A stretch of DNA of 64,000 bases from assembly GCA_964478715.1 (NCBI GenBank), contig CAYZIY010000001.1:9088-73087 (forward strand). The letters run 5' to 3'. Below the pieces are notes generated by a model that did not search any database, was not told the origin of the DNA, and worked only from the letters and a program-made list of their open reading frames with translations. Source of the stretch: an uncultured Planctomycetales bacterium. Its GTDB lineage: Bacteria > Omnitrophota > Gorgyraeia > Zapsychrales > JBDRMG01. The first letter of the stretch is position 1; each line of letters opens with the position of its first letter. Both the position numbers and the translations under genes were made by a program. Shown here one piece after another: positions 28,408 through 37,840 of this stretch.

Positions 28408-29655
28408 ATGCAGCAGCTTAAGAAAACGGACAGAGAAATTTATCAGGCGATAGTTAAAGAGATTAAAAGACAGAATGAGAATATCGAGCTGATCGCTTCT
28501 GAGAATTTCGTTTCTCCGGCGGTTTTAGAAGCCCAAGGATGCGTTATGACCAATAAGTACGCCGAAGGATATCCGGCAGCCCGGTGGTATCACGGTTGCG
28601 AAAATGTGGATCGGGCCGAAGTGCTGGCTATCGAGAGGGCCAAAAAACTTTTCGGTGCTCAGCATGTCAATGTCCAGCCGCATTCCGGTTCGCAGGCCAA
28701 TATGGCGGTCTATTATTCGGTCTTAAAGCACGGGGACACTTTGATGGCGATGGATCTGGCCTGCGGCGGACATCTGACACACGGCCACCGGATCAATTTC
28801 AGCGGTCGCAGTTATAAGATTGTGACTTACGGCGTGAACCCTCAAAACGAAATGATTGACTTTGACGAAATCCGCGCCAAAGCCAAGAAATTCAAGCCGC
28901 AGATGATCATGGCCGGGGCCTCCGCTTATTCGCGGATCATCGATTTCAAGCAATTTCGAAAAATATGCGATGAGATCGGTGCCTATTTTGCCGTGGACAT
29001 GGCTCACATCGCCGGGTTGGTTGTGGCCGGATTGCATCCTAATCCGGCAGAGGTGGCTGATTTTGTCACGACTACCACCCATAAGACTCTGCGGGGCCCC
29101 CGGGGCGGTATGATTCTCTGCAAACAAGAATTCGCGAAGCAAATCGACATGAATGTTTTTCCCGGGATTCAAGGCGGGCCCCTGATGCATGTGATTGCCG
29201 CCAAGGCGGTCAGTTTTAAAGAGGCCATAAAAAGTGATTTTAAAAAATACCAGAAACAGATTGTTAAAAATGCCCAAGCGCTTAGCAGCGAGCTGGAGCG
29301 TTTGGGCTTTCGGATTGTGGCCGGAGGAACAGATAATCATCTGTTGATGGTTGATCTGCGCTTTAAAAACATTACCGGCAAAGAGGCCGCCGATGTGCTG
29401 GATCGGGTCAAGATTACCGTGAACAAAAATCTGATTCCCTTTGATTCTCAGTCACCTATGGTGACAAGCGGAATTCGTTTAGGGACTCCCGCGATGACTA
29501 CCCGCGGGATGAAGGAAAAAGAAATGCGTCTGATTGCCTCCTGCATCGAAGAGGCGATTGCTCATCGCACAAGCACGAAAAAACTAAAAGGGGTACTGGC
29601 TAAGGTCAAGCGTTTGACTGGCCGCTTTCCCATTTACCGGTCGCTGGGAATATGA
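28408..29655 (+). CDS. glyA: Serine hydroxymethyltransferase
   Basis: 'LIASENF', 'NKYAEGYP', '[13 protein letters not shown]'. Confidence 0.98.
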   Translation: MQQLKKTDREIYQAIVKEIKRQNENIELIASENFVSPAVLEAQGCVMTNKYAEGYPAARWYHGCENVDRAEVLAIERAKKLFGAQHVNVQPHSGSQANMAVYYSVLKHGDTLMAMDLACGGHLTHGHRINFSGRSYKIVTYGVNPQNEMIDFDEIRAKAKKFKPQMIMAGASAYSRIIDFKQFRKICDEIGAYFAVDMAHIAGLVVAGLHPNPAEVADFVTTTTHKTLRGPRGGMILCKQEFAKQIDMNVFPGIQGGPLMHVIAAKAVSFKEAIKSDFKKYQKQIVKNAQALSSELERLGFRIVAGGTDNHLLMVDLRFKNITGKEAADVLDRVKITVNKNLIPFDSQSPMVTSGIRLGTPAMTTRGMKEKEMRLIASCIEEAIAHRTSTKKLKGVLAKVKRLTGRFPIYRSLGI

Positions 29656-30116
29656 AATGCCCGTCTTGTTCATACAAAGAGACCAAGGTGATCGATTCCC
29701 GTTTAGTGACTGACGGAAGTTCGATCCGGCGCCGGCGCGAATGCTTAAAATGCGGCCGGCGATTTACCACCTACGAATATGTGGAAGACGTTCCCCTGAT
29801 GGTGGTTAAAAGCGACGGCCGGCGTCAGCCATTTGACCGCAATAAAATCATCACCGGTATTGTCAAGGCCTGCGAAAAGCGTCCGGTGAGTATTGATGAG
29901 ATCGAAAATATGACGACCGCCATTGAGCGTAATATTCAAAAAAGATTTGAGAAGGAAGTAAACACCAAAGCGGTGGGGGAAATGATTATGGAAAAACTGG
30001 CCGCCGTCGATGATGTAGCCTATGTCCGGTTTGCTTCGGTGTACCGGCAGTTCCGGGATGTGAATCAGTTTATGAATGAGCTGCAGCACATTTTGAATAA
30101 AGAGAAGAAGGGATGA
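29652..30116 (+). CDS. nrdR: Transcriptional repressor NrdR
   Basis: 'MKCPSC...[18 protein letters not shown]', ATP cone, 'AYVRFASVY'. Confidence 0.97.
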   Translation: MKCPSCSYKETKVIDSRLVTDGSSIRRRRECLKCGRRFTTYEYVEDVPLMVVKSDGRRQPFDRNKIITGIVKACEKRPVSIDEIENMTTAIERNIQKRFEKEVNTKAVGEMIMEKLAAVDDVAYVRFASVYRQFRDVNQFMNELQHILNKEKKG

Positions 30117-30120
30117 TGTG

Positions 30121-30525
30121 ATGGTTCAGGTTGAATTGACAAAAATCATTATTGACGAAAAAAGGCAGGAGCAGATCATTGTCCTTAAAGAAAAAGAAGG
30201 AACCCGTCAGTTTCCGATTGTAATCGGCTTCCTGGAGGCCTCAAGCATCAAGATCAAGCTCTCTAATACCAAAATACCCCGGCCCATGGCCCATGATTTA
30301 CTGGTTTCGATTATCAAAGAGCTCGGCGGACAGTTGGAAAGAGTGGTGATCGACCAGCTGAAGGATAATACCTTTCATGCCAAGTTGATGATTTGTACCC
30401 CCCAGGGGAAAACCAAGGCTGTTGACTCCCGCCCATCGGATGCCATTGCCGTGGCCGTGCGTACCCACACGCCTCTTTTTGCCCGAGAAGAGGTTATCAA
30501 AAAAGCCGCTTTTTTTAAAACGTAA
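30121..30525 (+). CDS. Bifunctional nuclease family protein (DUF151)
   Basis: 'FPIVIGFLEA', 'PRPMAHDL', 'DSRPSDAIAVAVR'. Confidence 0.9.
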   Translation: MVQVELTKIIIDEKRQEQIIVLKEKEGTRQFPIVIGFLEASSIKIKLSNTKIPRPMAHDLLVSIIKELGGQLERVVIDQLKDNTFHAKLMICTPQGKTKAVDSRPSDAIAVAVRTHTPLFAREEVIKKAAFFKT

Positions 30526-30546
30526 ATGACTGGCGAGGTTTAAAGC

Positions 30547-31986
30547 ATGAGCGTTTTTGGCAAACTCAATTCTGCGATTCGGTCTCTCAAGAAATTATCT
30601 CAAAAAGAAAAAAAAAGAGTTTTTCTCATCGGGGGCTTTTTGCGTGATTCTCTGCTGGGCCGTTCAAGTCGCGATCTTGATTTTACTCTAGAAAAAGATG
30701 CGATTAAGCTGGCTGGGAAATTTGCCAGAACGATTCGCGGGGTTTTTGTTCTGCTCGATGAAGATTTCGGCTGCGCACGGGTAGTGAAAAAAATCGATGA
30801 TCAGATTTACACTTTTGACTTTGCGGATTTCAAAGGGGTTACGCTTGCCGAAGATTTGAAACGTCGGGATTTCACGATCAATACTTTTACTTGTCCGCTT
30901 GAAGATTTTGAGGCCGGGCGGTCGGTGTTTGAGCTTCTCAAAGATCAAAAAAAGCCTTTGCGGGATTTGAAATCAAAGACGATCCGGATGGTTTCAGCGA
31001 AGAGTTTGCGCTTAGATCCTTTGCGGTGTCTGCGCGCTTTCAGCCTGCGAGCCCAGCTTGGGTTTACGATCGAGACAAAGACTCTGGCACGGATAAAGAA
31101 AGATAGCTCGCAGTTGAAGCGCGTTTCCGCTGAGCGAATTCGTGATGAACTTTTTAAAATTCTCAAAGAGCCGAGGGCTGCTGTTCACGTTGAAGAAATG
31201 AAACGTCTCGGACTTCTTGAGCAAGTGATTCCGCAGGTGCACGTGATGTTTGGGGTTCACCAGGGCGGGTATCATCATCTGGATGTCTGGAAGCATTCGC
31301 TGGAGACTTTGCGTCAGCTTGAGAAACTGGAGGATGAAATTCACAAAGACAAGCGGCTGAAGGACTATTTGTGTGAGACCTTGGCCAGCGGCCGCAGCCG
31401 GTTTACCCTGATGAAATTGGCTGCGCTTTTACACGACATCGGCAAGCCCGAGGCCAAAATCCGCAAGGGTAAACGAACGCTTTTTTACGGTCACGAACGG
31501 ATCAGCAAGGGCATTGTGCACGAGATTTGCCACCAGTTAAAACTGGCGGTTAAAGAACGTCACGCGCTGGAGGATATGGTTCTTTGGCACCTGCGTCCGG
31601 GATATCTTTCCAATTTTAAAGTTCCCAGCGAGCGGATGAAATTCCGGTTTTTGCGCGACGCTAAGGACGAAGCGGTCAGCATTCTTTTTCTGTCTTTAGC
31701 GGATCAGCGTGCGACCCGGGGCCCTTTGACCACAAAGAAGCACGTTCGCCATCACGAGGCCATTGTCAGAGAGTTGGTAGAGCAACGTTTTCGTAAATGC
31801 AATGAGAAGCCCTTCCTCCGGCTGATTAACGGTTACGATTTAATTAACAAATTAAAGCTTAAACCTTCGCCGCTTTTTGCTACAATTTTAAAAGAAGTCG
31901 AGGAGGCCCAGGTGACAGGTCAGATCAAAACGAAACGCGAGGCCCTGGCTCTGGCCCGCAAAGTAAAAGCCAAAAAGAAAAAATGA
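30547..31986 (+). CDS. Class II tRNA nucleotidyltransferase with HD domain (probably CC-adding)
   Basis: 'GGFLRD...DLDF', 'EDLKRRDFTIN', 'DPLRCLR', 'SAERI', 'LHDIGKP'. Confidence 0.85.
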   Translation: MSVFGKLNSAIRSLKKLSQKEKKRVFLIGGFLRDSLLGRSSRDLDFTLEKDAIKLAGKFARTIRGVFVLLDEDFGCARVVKKIDDQIYTFDFADFKGVTLAEDLKRRDFTINTFTCPLEDFEAGRSVFELLKDQKKPLRDLKSKTIRMVSAKSLRLDPLRCLRAFSLRAQLGFTIETKTLARIKKDSSQLKRVSAERIRDELFKILKEPRAAVHVEEMKRLGLLEQVIPQVHVMFGVHQGGYHHLDVWKHSLETLRQLEKLEDEIHKDKRLKDYLCETLASGRSRFTLMKLAALLHDIGKPEAKIRKGKRTLFYGHERISKGIVHEICHQLKLAVKERHALEDMVLWHLRPGYLSNFKVPSERMKFRFLRDAKDEAVSILFLSLADQRATRGPLTTKKHVRHHEAIVRELVEQRFRKCNEKPFLRLINGYDLINKLKLKPSPLFATILKEVEEAQVTGQIKTKREALALARKVKAKKKK

Positions 31987-32810
31987 AAATCAAAGAAACT
32001 GATTTTCGATTTGCAAGCAGCTTGAGCGAGAATCTCGATAGCGATTGCGTGATTCGCTTCGGCCAAGCCGTTTCGGGGGATTCTCACCATCGGATCATTG
32101 ATGCCCTCAGCGAAAAAGAGGCAAAACCTCTCAATGAAATAACCCTGCGGCAGGCCTACGAAAGAGCGCTTAAGGAAGCAGTCGAGGACGGGGGTGCTTC
32201 TTTGGATATTATGATTCCGCAATCAGATCAAGTTAAACTGCCGGTTGTGGCCGCGGCGAAAATTCTTTCTCAGGAGCTGATCAAGGCGTTGCGCGGGGGT
32301 TCTCCTTGGAAAACGATTACTCTTTGCGGCCCGGATGAAAAAACAAACGATAATTATTCTCGCATTATCAACGGTTACCTCGGACACATTCTGGATCCGC
32401 TTAAACAGCCATACCTGACCGTTGACGTCATCATTGAAATGCCCGCAGGCGTTGTGATTATCAAGCGCAGCAATCCGCCTTACGGTTGGGCCTTGCCCGG
32501 GGGATTTGTCGATTACGGCGAGAGCCTGGATGAGTGCGTGGTCCGGGAAGCCAAAGAGGAGACCAATTTGACACTCAGCGACTTGCGCCAGATGCACACT
32601 TATTCCCGGCCGGGACGCGATGTTCGCTTTCACACAGTGACAACCGTTTTTATCGCCAAAGGAAGCGGCGAGGCGCACGCCGGCGACGATGCAGCTGATC
32701 TGAAAATCGTAGACTACAAGGAGCTTGTGAATCAGGAATATGCTTTCAATCACAAAGAGATCCTGGGGGATTATCTACGGTGTAAAGAATCTCAAGACAA
32801 AATAAAATAG
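31983..32810 (+). CDS. NUDIX hydrolase (ADP-ribose pyrophosphatase-like) with degenerate macrodomain-like N-terminus
   Basis: Nudix box 'GGFVDYGESLDECVVREAKEETNL', 'RDVRFHTV', 'AGDDA'; about 140-aa N-terminal extension. Confidence 0.8.
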   Translation: MKIKETDFRFASSLSENLDSDCVIRFGQAVSGDSHHRIIDALSEKEAKPLNEITLRQAYERALKEAVEDGGASLDIMIPQSDQVKLPVVAAAKILSQELIKALRGGSPWKTITLCGPDEKTNDNYSRIINGYLGHILDPLKQPYLTVDVIIEMPAGVVIIKRSNPPYGWALPGGFVDYGESLDECVVREAKEETNLTLSDLRQMHTYSRPGRDVRFHTVTTVFIAKGSGEAHAGDDAADLKIVDYKELVNQEYAFNHKEILGDYLRCKESQDKIK

Positions 32811-32821
32811 AGGGGGGCAAA

Positions 32822-33232
32822 ATGAGTCAGGCCAAGATATTGATTGCCGATGATGAGACCGAGGTTTTAGGTGTCATGCAAAAACGAATTGCCAAGGAAG
32901 GTTACCGGGTAATCACCGCACAAGACGGCGAGCAGGCTTGGGAGAAAATCAAAAGCGATGATCCGGACGTGATCCTTCTGGATCTGCGCATGCCCAAAAT
33001 GGACGGCTTAACGGTTTTAAAAAATTTGCGCGAAAATCCGCCGACTGCCAAATGGCAGCCGGTGATCATTGTCTCGGCGATGGGGGAGATTGAGGATATG
33101 AAAAAAGGATTCGACCTGGAGGCGGATCACTACATCACCAAACCCTGTCAGATGGAAGATGTGATTAAAAGCATTCATCTGATGTTGACTTTGATTCCGG
33201 CCCGGCGATCCAAATTCGAAACCCAGGATTAA
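32822..33232 (+). CDS. Single-domain response regulator
   Basis: 'LIADDE', 'LLDLRMPKMDG', 'VSA', 'YITKP'. Confidence 0.92.
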   Translation: MSQAKILIADDETEVLGVMQKRIAKEGYRVITAQDGEQAWEKIKSDDPDVILLDLRMPKMDGLTVLKNLRENPPTAKWQPVIIVSAMGEIEDMKKGFDLEADHYITKPCQMEDVIKSIHLMLTLIPARRSKFETQD

Positions 33233-33245
33233 CAAAGGATATGTT

Positions 33246-34316
33246 GTGAAAATCGGCATTATCGGATTACCCAATGTGGGCAAAAAAACACTTTTTGAGC
33301 TTTTGACCGGCGAGAAAATCGAAGAGAATTTCTCGGCCAAATCCGGGACGAAAATCGGTCTGGCCGTTATCCGCGATTCTCGCTTTGATCAATTGGTCCA
33401 GATGTATCAACCCAAAAAAGTAGTTCCCGCTACGATTGAGGTTGTTCTTCTTCCGAAATTCGATAAAGAGACCGTCCAAAGCGGCGAATTCATAAGATCT
33501 TTGGAAAACTGCGACGCTCTTTGTCAGGTCGTGCGCGGCTTTCAGGATGAGACCATCTTCCACGTCGAAGGATCAATCGATCCCCTTCGGGATATCGACA
33601 ATGTGATGACCGAATTGATTTTGGGTGATTTGATTTTAGTCGAGAAGCGACTGGGGCGGCTCACCAAGGAGCTCATGAATAAAAAGACACCCCAGCAGGA
33701 GAAAGAAAAAGAGATTCTTATCCGGATGAAAAGTTTCTTAGATGACCAGCGGCCCTTAAGTGTCTTAGAACTTTCCGACGAGGAGAGAAAAGGCATGGCC
33801 ACCTATAAATTTTTAACCCGCAAGCCTATGATTATTGTTCTCAATGTTGACGATCAGAAGCTCAACGACAAGCAATTGCCAGATCAACTCCTTAGCGCTC
33901 ATCAAGATGCCGATCTCAAAGTCATGCAGATTTCCGCCAAGATCGAGGCGGAGATCTCCTCGCTGGATGAAGAAGAACGTGAAGTCTTCTTAAATGACCT
34001 GAATATCAAAGAATCCGCTCTTAACCGCTTAACCCGGCTGTGTTATGAGTCTTTAGGGTTAATGACATTTTTTACTGTTGGGCCGACGGAAGTTCATGCC
34101 TGGATCACCAAAAAAGGCTCCCGTACACCGGTGGCGGCCGGGGTGATTCACTCGGATATGCAGCGGGGTTTTATCCGGGCCGAGATTATGAAATCTGACG
34201 AACTGATTGAAGCCCAAAGCGAATCTCAATTAAAGGAAGAGGGAAAAGTTTATCTCAAAGGGAAAGATTATGTCCTTGAAGACGGGGATGTGATGTTTGT
34301 CCGTTTCAATGTTTAA
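33246..34316 (+). CDS. ychF: YchF/Obg-like ATPase with divergent motifs
   Basis: 'KIGIIGLPNVGKKT', 'TFFTVGPTEVHAW', 'AAGVIHSDMQRGFIRAE', 'GKDYVLEDGDV.FVRFNV'. Confidence 0.85.
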   Translation: MKIGIIGLPNVGKKTLFELLTGEKIEENFSAKSGTKIGLAVIRDSRFDQLVQMYQPKKVVPATIEVVLLPKFDKETVQSGEFIRSLENCDALCQVVRGFQDETIFHVEGSIDPLRDIDNVMTELILGDLILVEKRLGRLTKELMNKKTPQQEKEKEILIRMKSFLDDQRPLSVLELSDEERKGMATYKFLTRKPMIIVLNVDDQKLNDKQLPDQLLSAHQDADLKVMQISAKIEAEISSLDEEEREVFLNDLNIKESALNRLTRLCYESLGLMTFFTVGPTEVHAWITKKGSRTPVAAGVIHSDMQRGFIRAEIMKSDELIEAQSESQLKEEGKVYLKGKDYVLEDGDVMFVRFNV

Positions 34317-35133
34317 ACATACCCAGAGCGCCATGAAATTAATTTCCTTGATTCTTTTTGCCTTTATCGTTTTTGTATTTTTTGTCCGCTATCTGGAAGC
34401 AACCGGCATCTTTTATCCGTCACGTACGGTTAATAGCACTCCCGCGGATATCAATCTGAATTTCCACGATATTTATTTCAAGACTTCAGACGGAATCAAG
34501 CTTAATGGCTGGTTTGTTTTAGCTGATGAAAACGCCCCAACGGTTTTATTTTTTCACGGAAACGCTGGTGATATCGGCGATCGGCTGGAAAAAATTTTGC
34601 TCCTTAATCACTTAAAGGCCAATATCTTTATCATTGATTATCGCGGATACGGACGCAGTGAAGGCCGTCCCAGCGAGGCCGGGCTTTACCGGGACGCGCT
34701 GGGAGCCTATGATTATCTGATCGAGCAAAGAAATATCAGTCCCCAGAAAATTGTTGTCTACGGAACATCCTTAGGTGGAGTGCCGGCCATTGATCTAGCC
34801 TCCCAAAAAGAAATCGGCGGCTTGATTATTGAGTCAAGCTTTTCAAACGCGGCTGATATGTGCCGGATCATTTATCCGTTTATTCCTACGTTTTTGCTTC
34901 AGTCAAGAATGGATAACGTCGGGAAAATCAAAAACGTAAAGGCGCCGAAACTCTTTTTCCATAGCCAGAGCGATGAAATCGTTCCCATGGAACTGGGCCG
35001 CAAAGTGTTCGATAAAGCCAAAGAACCCAAGCGATGGGTTTCTTTGAAAGGAGGGCATAATGTCTCTTGCGAAGAGTCGAAAGAGACCTATCGGGGAGCC
35101 CTCAAAGAATTCTTGGAGGATATCCGTCGATGA
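34309..35133 (+). CDS. Alpha/beta hydrolase (ABHD13/17-like), N-terminal membrane anchor
   Basis: 'FFHGNAG', 'DYRGYGRSEG', 'YGTSLGG', 'GGHN'; start uncertain (34309 or 34333). Confidence 0.88.
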   Translation: MFKHTQSAMKLISLILFAFIVFVFFVRYLEATGIFYPSRTVNSTPADINLNFHDIYFKTSDGIKLNGWFVLADENAPTVLFFHGNAGDIGDRLEKILLLNHLKANIFIIDYRGYGRSEGRPSEAGLYRDALGAYDYLIEQRNISPQKIVVYGTSLGGVPAIDLASQKEIGGLIIESSFSNAADMCRIIYPFIPTFLLQSRMDNVGKIKNVKAPKLFFHSQSDEIVPMELGRKVFDKAKEPKRWVSLKGGHNVSCEESKETYRGALKEFLEDIRR

Positions 35134-36335
35134 AGACCGATTTTCTGAAAACAAAATCCACGCAAATTGTTGACTGTCGCGGTTGTAATATCACGCTTAA
35201 AGGGATCAACTTGGGCGGCTGGCTGATGATGGAGGCCTATTTTTTGCACGCGCCTAATGAACCGGTTCAGATATTTAAAAAGAATTTTATCCGGCATCTG
35301 GGTGCAAAAGCCCTGAAGGAATTCGAAGATGCCTACAGAAAGAATTTTATCACCCGTCAGGATATCCGTCAGATTGCCGATTGGGGATTTAATTGCCTGC
35401 GGGTTCCCTTTCATTATCGTTTGATTGAAAGACGGCCTTATGTTTATGATCAAAAGGGCTTGAGTATTCTGGATAAACTGATGGGCTGGGCTCAACGAGA
35501 GGGTTTGTGGATTATTCTAGACCTGCACGCCGCACCGGGCAGTCAGAATTGCGATTGGCATTCGGACAGCTTGGGAGCGGCCCGTCTATGGGGCAATCCG
35601 CAGTATCAAAAACGCGTGGCTCGTTTGTGGAATTTTCTGGCAGATCGATATCAAAACCACAGCCAGCTGGCCGGCTATGACATTCTCAATGAAGCGGTGG
35701 TGAATCATGAGGGGATTTTAAACCGCCTCTATCGTAAGATCATCCGCGCGATTCGTCAGGTCGATTCTCATCACATTATTTTTGTCGAGGGTAATCGCTG
35801 GGGCATGGATCTCGATTGCCTGGATCGTTTTGAAGACGATAATCTGGCTTTAAGTATTCACACCTATCAGCCTTTGGAATTCACGTTCAATTTTATTCCC
35901 CAGATACGTTATCCGATTGTCGGTAAGAAAACGCGCTGGGATCAGGCCGCGATGGAAACTTACATAAGGCCGTATGCCCGTTGGGCCCAAAAAAGAAAAC
36001 GGCCGGTTTTAGTCGGGGAATTCGGCGTCAACAACCGCCGGGGTCTTTATGGCGAAGACCTGTGGCTGAAGGATATCCTGAAATGCTTTAATGATTTTGG
36101 ATTCCATTGGACATACTGGACCTACAAAGCCGTCAAAAATAGTATCTTTCCCGACGGGATATACAGTTATTTTCCCAATCCGGCCTGGGTTAACCGCCAG
36201 GGACCGCTCACCGGTTGGCAGACTTATTATCGTCATTGGCCTAAGAAAAAGGCGGCCATGATTGACTCCTGGAAAACCAAAAACTTTACGCTTAATCAAA
36301 GAATATTGAAACAACTGCGTCATGCCCTACGCTGA
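35130..36335 (+). CDS. Glycoside hydrolase family 5
   Basis: 'GINLGGWLMME', 'RVPF', 'LDLHAAPG', acid/base 'LNE', nucleophile 'VGEFG'; start moved to ATG 35130. Confidence 0.9.
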   Translation: MKTDFLKTKSTQIVDCRGCNITLKGINLGGWLMMEAYFLHAPNEPVQIFKKNFIRHLGAKALKEFEDAYRKNFITRQDIRQIADWGFNCLRVPFHYRLIERRPYVYDQKGLSILDKLMGWAQREGLWIILDLHAAPGSQNCDWHSDSLGAARLWGNPQYQKRVARLWNFLADRYQNHSQLAGYDILNEAVVNHEGILNRLYRKIIRAIRQVDSHHIIFVEGNRWGMDLDCLDRFEDDNLALSIHTYQPLEFTFNFIPQIRYPIVGKKTRWDQAAMETYIRPYARWAQKRKRPVLVGEFGVNNRRGLYGEDLWLKDILKCFNDFGFHWTYWTYKAVKNSIFPDGIYSYFPNPAWVNRQGPLTGWQTYYRHWPKKKAAMIDSWKTKNFTLNQRILKQLRHALR

Positions 36336-37125
36336 AACTATCACCAGTACAAAAAACAAGCGGATTAAAGACGTTTACGCTTTGCGTGATCATCGTCAGA
36401 GACAAAAGACAGGATGCACCCTCATTGAGGGCACCAAAGAAATAACACTGGCGCTGAATGCCGGTGTTCAATTGAAAGAAGTTTTCCTCTGCCCTGATTA
36501 TTTAAAAACAGCGCCCAGAAAGAGTTTAGAGAAAAAGATTCGCTGTCTTTCTATCCCAACGACGATCGTTTCTAAGAATGTTTTTCAAAAGATGGCTTTC
36601 GGTGATCGGCATGAGGGACTGCTCGCCATAGCCCAGACGCCTGAACGTCATCTTAAAGATTTTGAGCTGAAGAAAAATCCGCTGATTGTTGTTCTTGAGG
36701 ATATCGAAAAACCCGGAAATCTGGGGGCAGTCTTGCGGACTTGCGATGCGGTCGGGGTGGATGCTGTTTTGGCCTGCCGCTGTCCTACAGATTTGTATAA
36801 TCCCAATATCATCCGAGCGTCTTTGGGTTCTGTTTTCAGCGTTCCGGTGGCAGCATGTTCTAACAGGGATGCCCTTGATTTCTTAAAGAAAAATCGAATA
36901 AAAATATACGCTGCCGCCATTGATGCTTCCAATCTTTATGACCGGGTTTCGTATGCCGGTTCGGCCATCGTCTTGGGCAGTGAACAAAAAGGATTGAGCG
37001 TCTTCTGGATGAAGGCCTGCGATCAGGTCGTCACAATTCCTATGCGCGGGCGTGTGAATTCCCTCAACATTGCCATTTCGGCATCCGTCTTGATTTATGA
37101 AGCAGACCGGCAACAAAGACAATAA
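36322..37125 (+). CDS. TrmH/SpoU-family RNA 2'-O-methyltransferase
   Basis: 'EKPGNLGAVLRT', 'VLGSEQKG', 'IPMRGRVNSLN'. Confidence 0.92.
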   Translation: MPYAETITSTKNKRIKDVYALRDHRQRQKTGCTLIEGTKEITLALNAGVQLKEVFLCPDYLKTAPRKSLEKKIRCLSIPTTIVSKNVFQKMAFGDRHEGLLAIAQTPERHLKDFELKKNPLIVVLEDIEKPGNLGAVLRTCDAVGVDAVLACRCPTDLYNPNIIRASLGSVFSVPVAACSNRDALDFLKKNRIKIYAAAIDASNLYDRVSYAGSAIVLGSEQKGLSVFWMKACDQVVTIPMRGRVNSLNIAISASVLIYEADRQQRQ

Positions 37126-37840
37126 GATCAGGCTTCAGAAATATCTCGCTCAGTGCGGGGCCTGTTCGCGGCGCAAGGCCATGGAATGGATATTCCAAGG
37201 GCAAGTTGCTATCAACGGTGAAATCAACCGGGAGCCTTCAACGGCCGTTGACCCTGAGACCGATCGGGTGGAATTAAACGGCCGGTCACTGAATCTTAAA
37301 AAATATGAATATCTTCTTTTGAATAAACCCGCCGGAATAATCACCAGTGCCTCTGATCCGCACGCGAGCCGCACTGTCTTTGATCTTTTGCCTGCGCATT
37401 TGCGTCATTTACAAGCGGTCGGCCGGCTGGACAAAAATACCGAAGGCTTGCTGTTTTTTACCAATGACGGGGAGCTCGCGCATCGGCTGATGCATCCGAA
37501 ATTCGAGATCGACAAGCGGTATTTTGTGCGTCTGAAAGGAGCACTGAAATCCGACGATTGTAAAAAAATGGAAAAAGGGATAATGCTTGAAGGCCGCAAA
37601 ACATCACCGGCTGAAATTCGCCGTGTACAAATCTGCGGATTAAAGACCGAATGTGAAATCATCCTTCACGAAGGCCGCAAGCGTCAGATCAGAAAAATGT
37701 TTAGTCAACTGGGATACCATGTTGTCTTTTTAAAAAGGATTCAGCAGGGGTCTCTCGCTTTGGGATCATTACCTAAAGGCAAGTGGCGTCCTCTCAGTCA
37801 AGCAGAAATTACCCGATTAAAAACCAGTCTCAGCCGATGA
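37097..37840 (+). CDS. rRNA pseudouridine synthase (RsuA/RluB family) with S4 domain
   Basis: 'RLQKYLAQCGACSRRKA', 'VGRLDKNTEGLL', 'EGRKRQIRKM'. Confidence 0.93.
   Translation: MKQTGNKDNKIRLQKYLAQCGACSRRKAMEWIFQGQVAINGEINREPSTAVDPETDRVELNGRSLNLKKYEYLLLNKPAGIITSASDPHASRTVFDLLPAHLRHLQAVGRLDKNTEGLLFFTNDGELAHRLMHPKFEIDKRYFVRLKGALKSDDCKKMEKGIMLEGRKTSPAEIRRVQICGLKTECEIILHEGRKRQIRKMFSQLGYHVVFLKRIQQGSLALGSLPKGKWRPLSQAEITRLKTSLSR

Noticed and set aside
28723-29340. 205-aa minus-strand ORF and the many other short antisense or alternate-frame ORFs in the track
   Set aside because: They lie within well-supported genes (here glyA) and have no RBS or domain signal.
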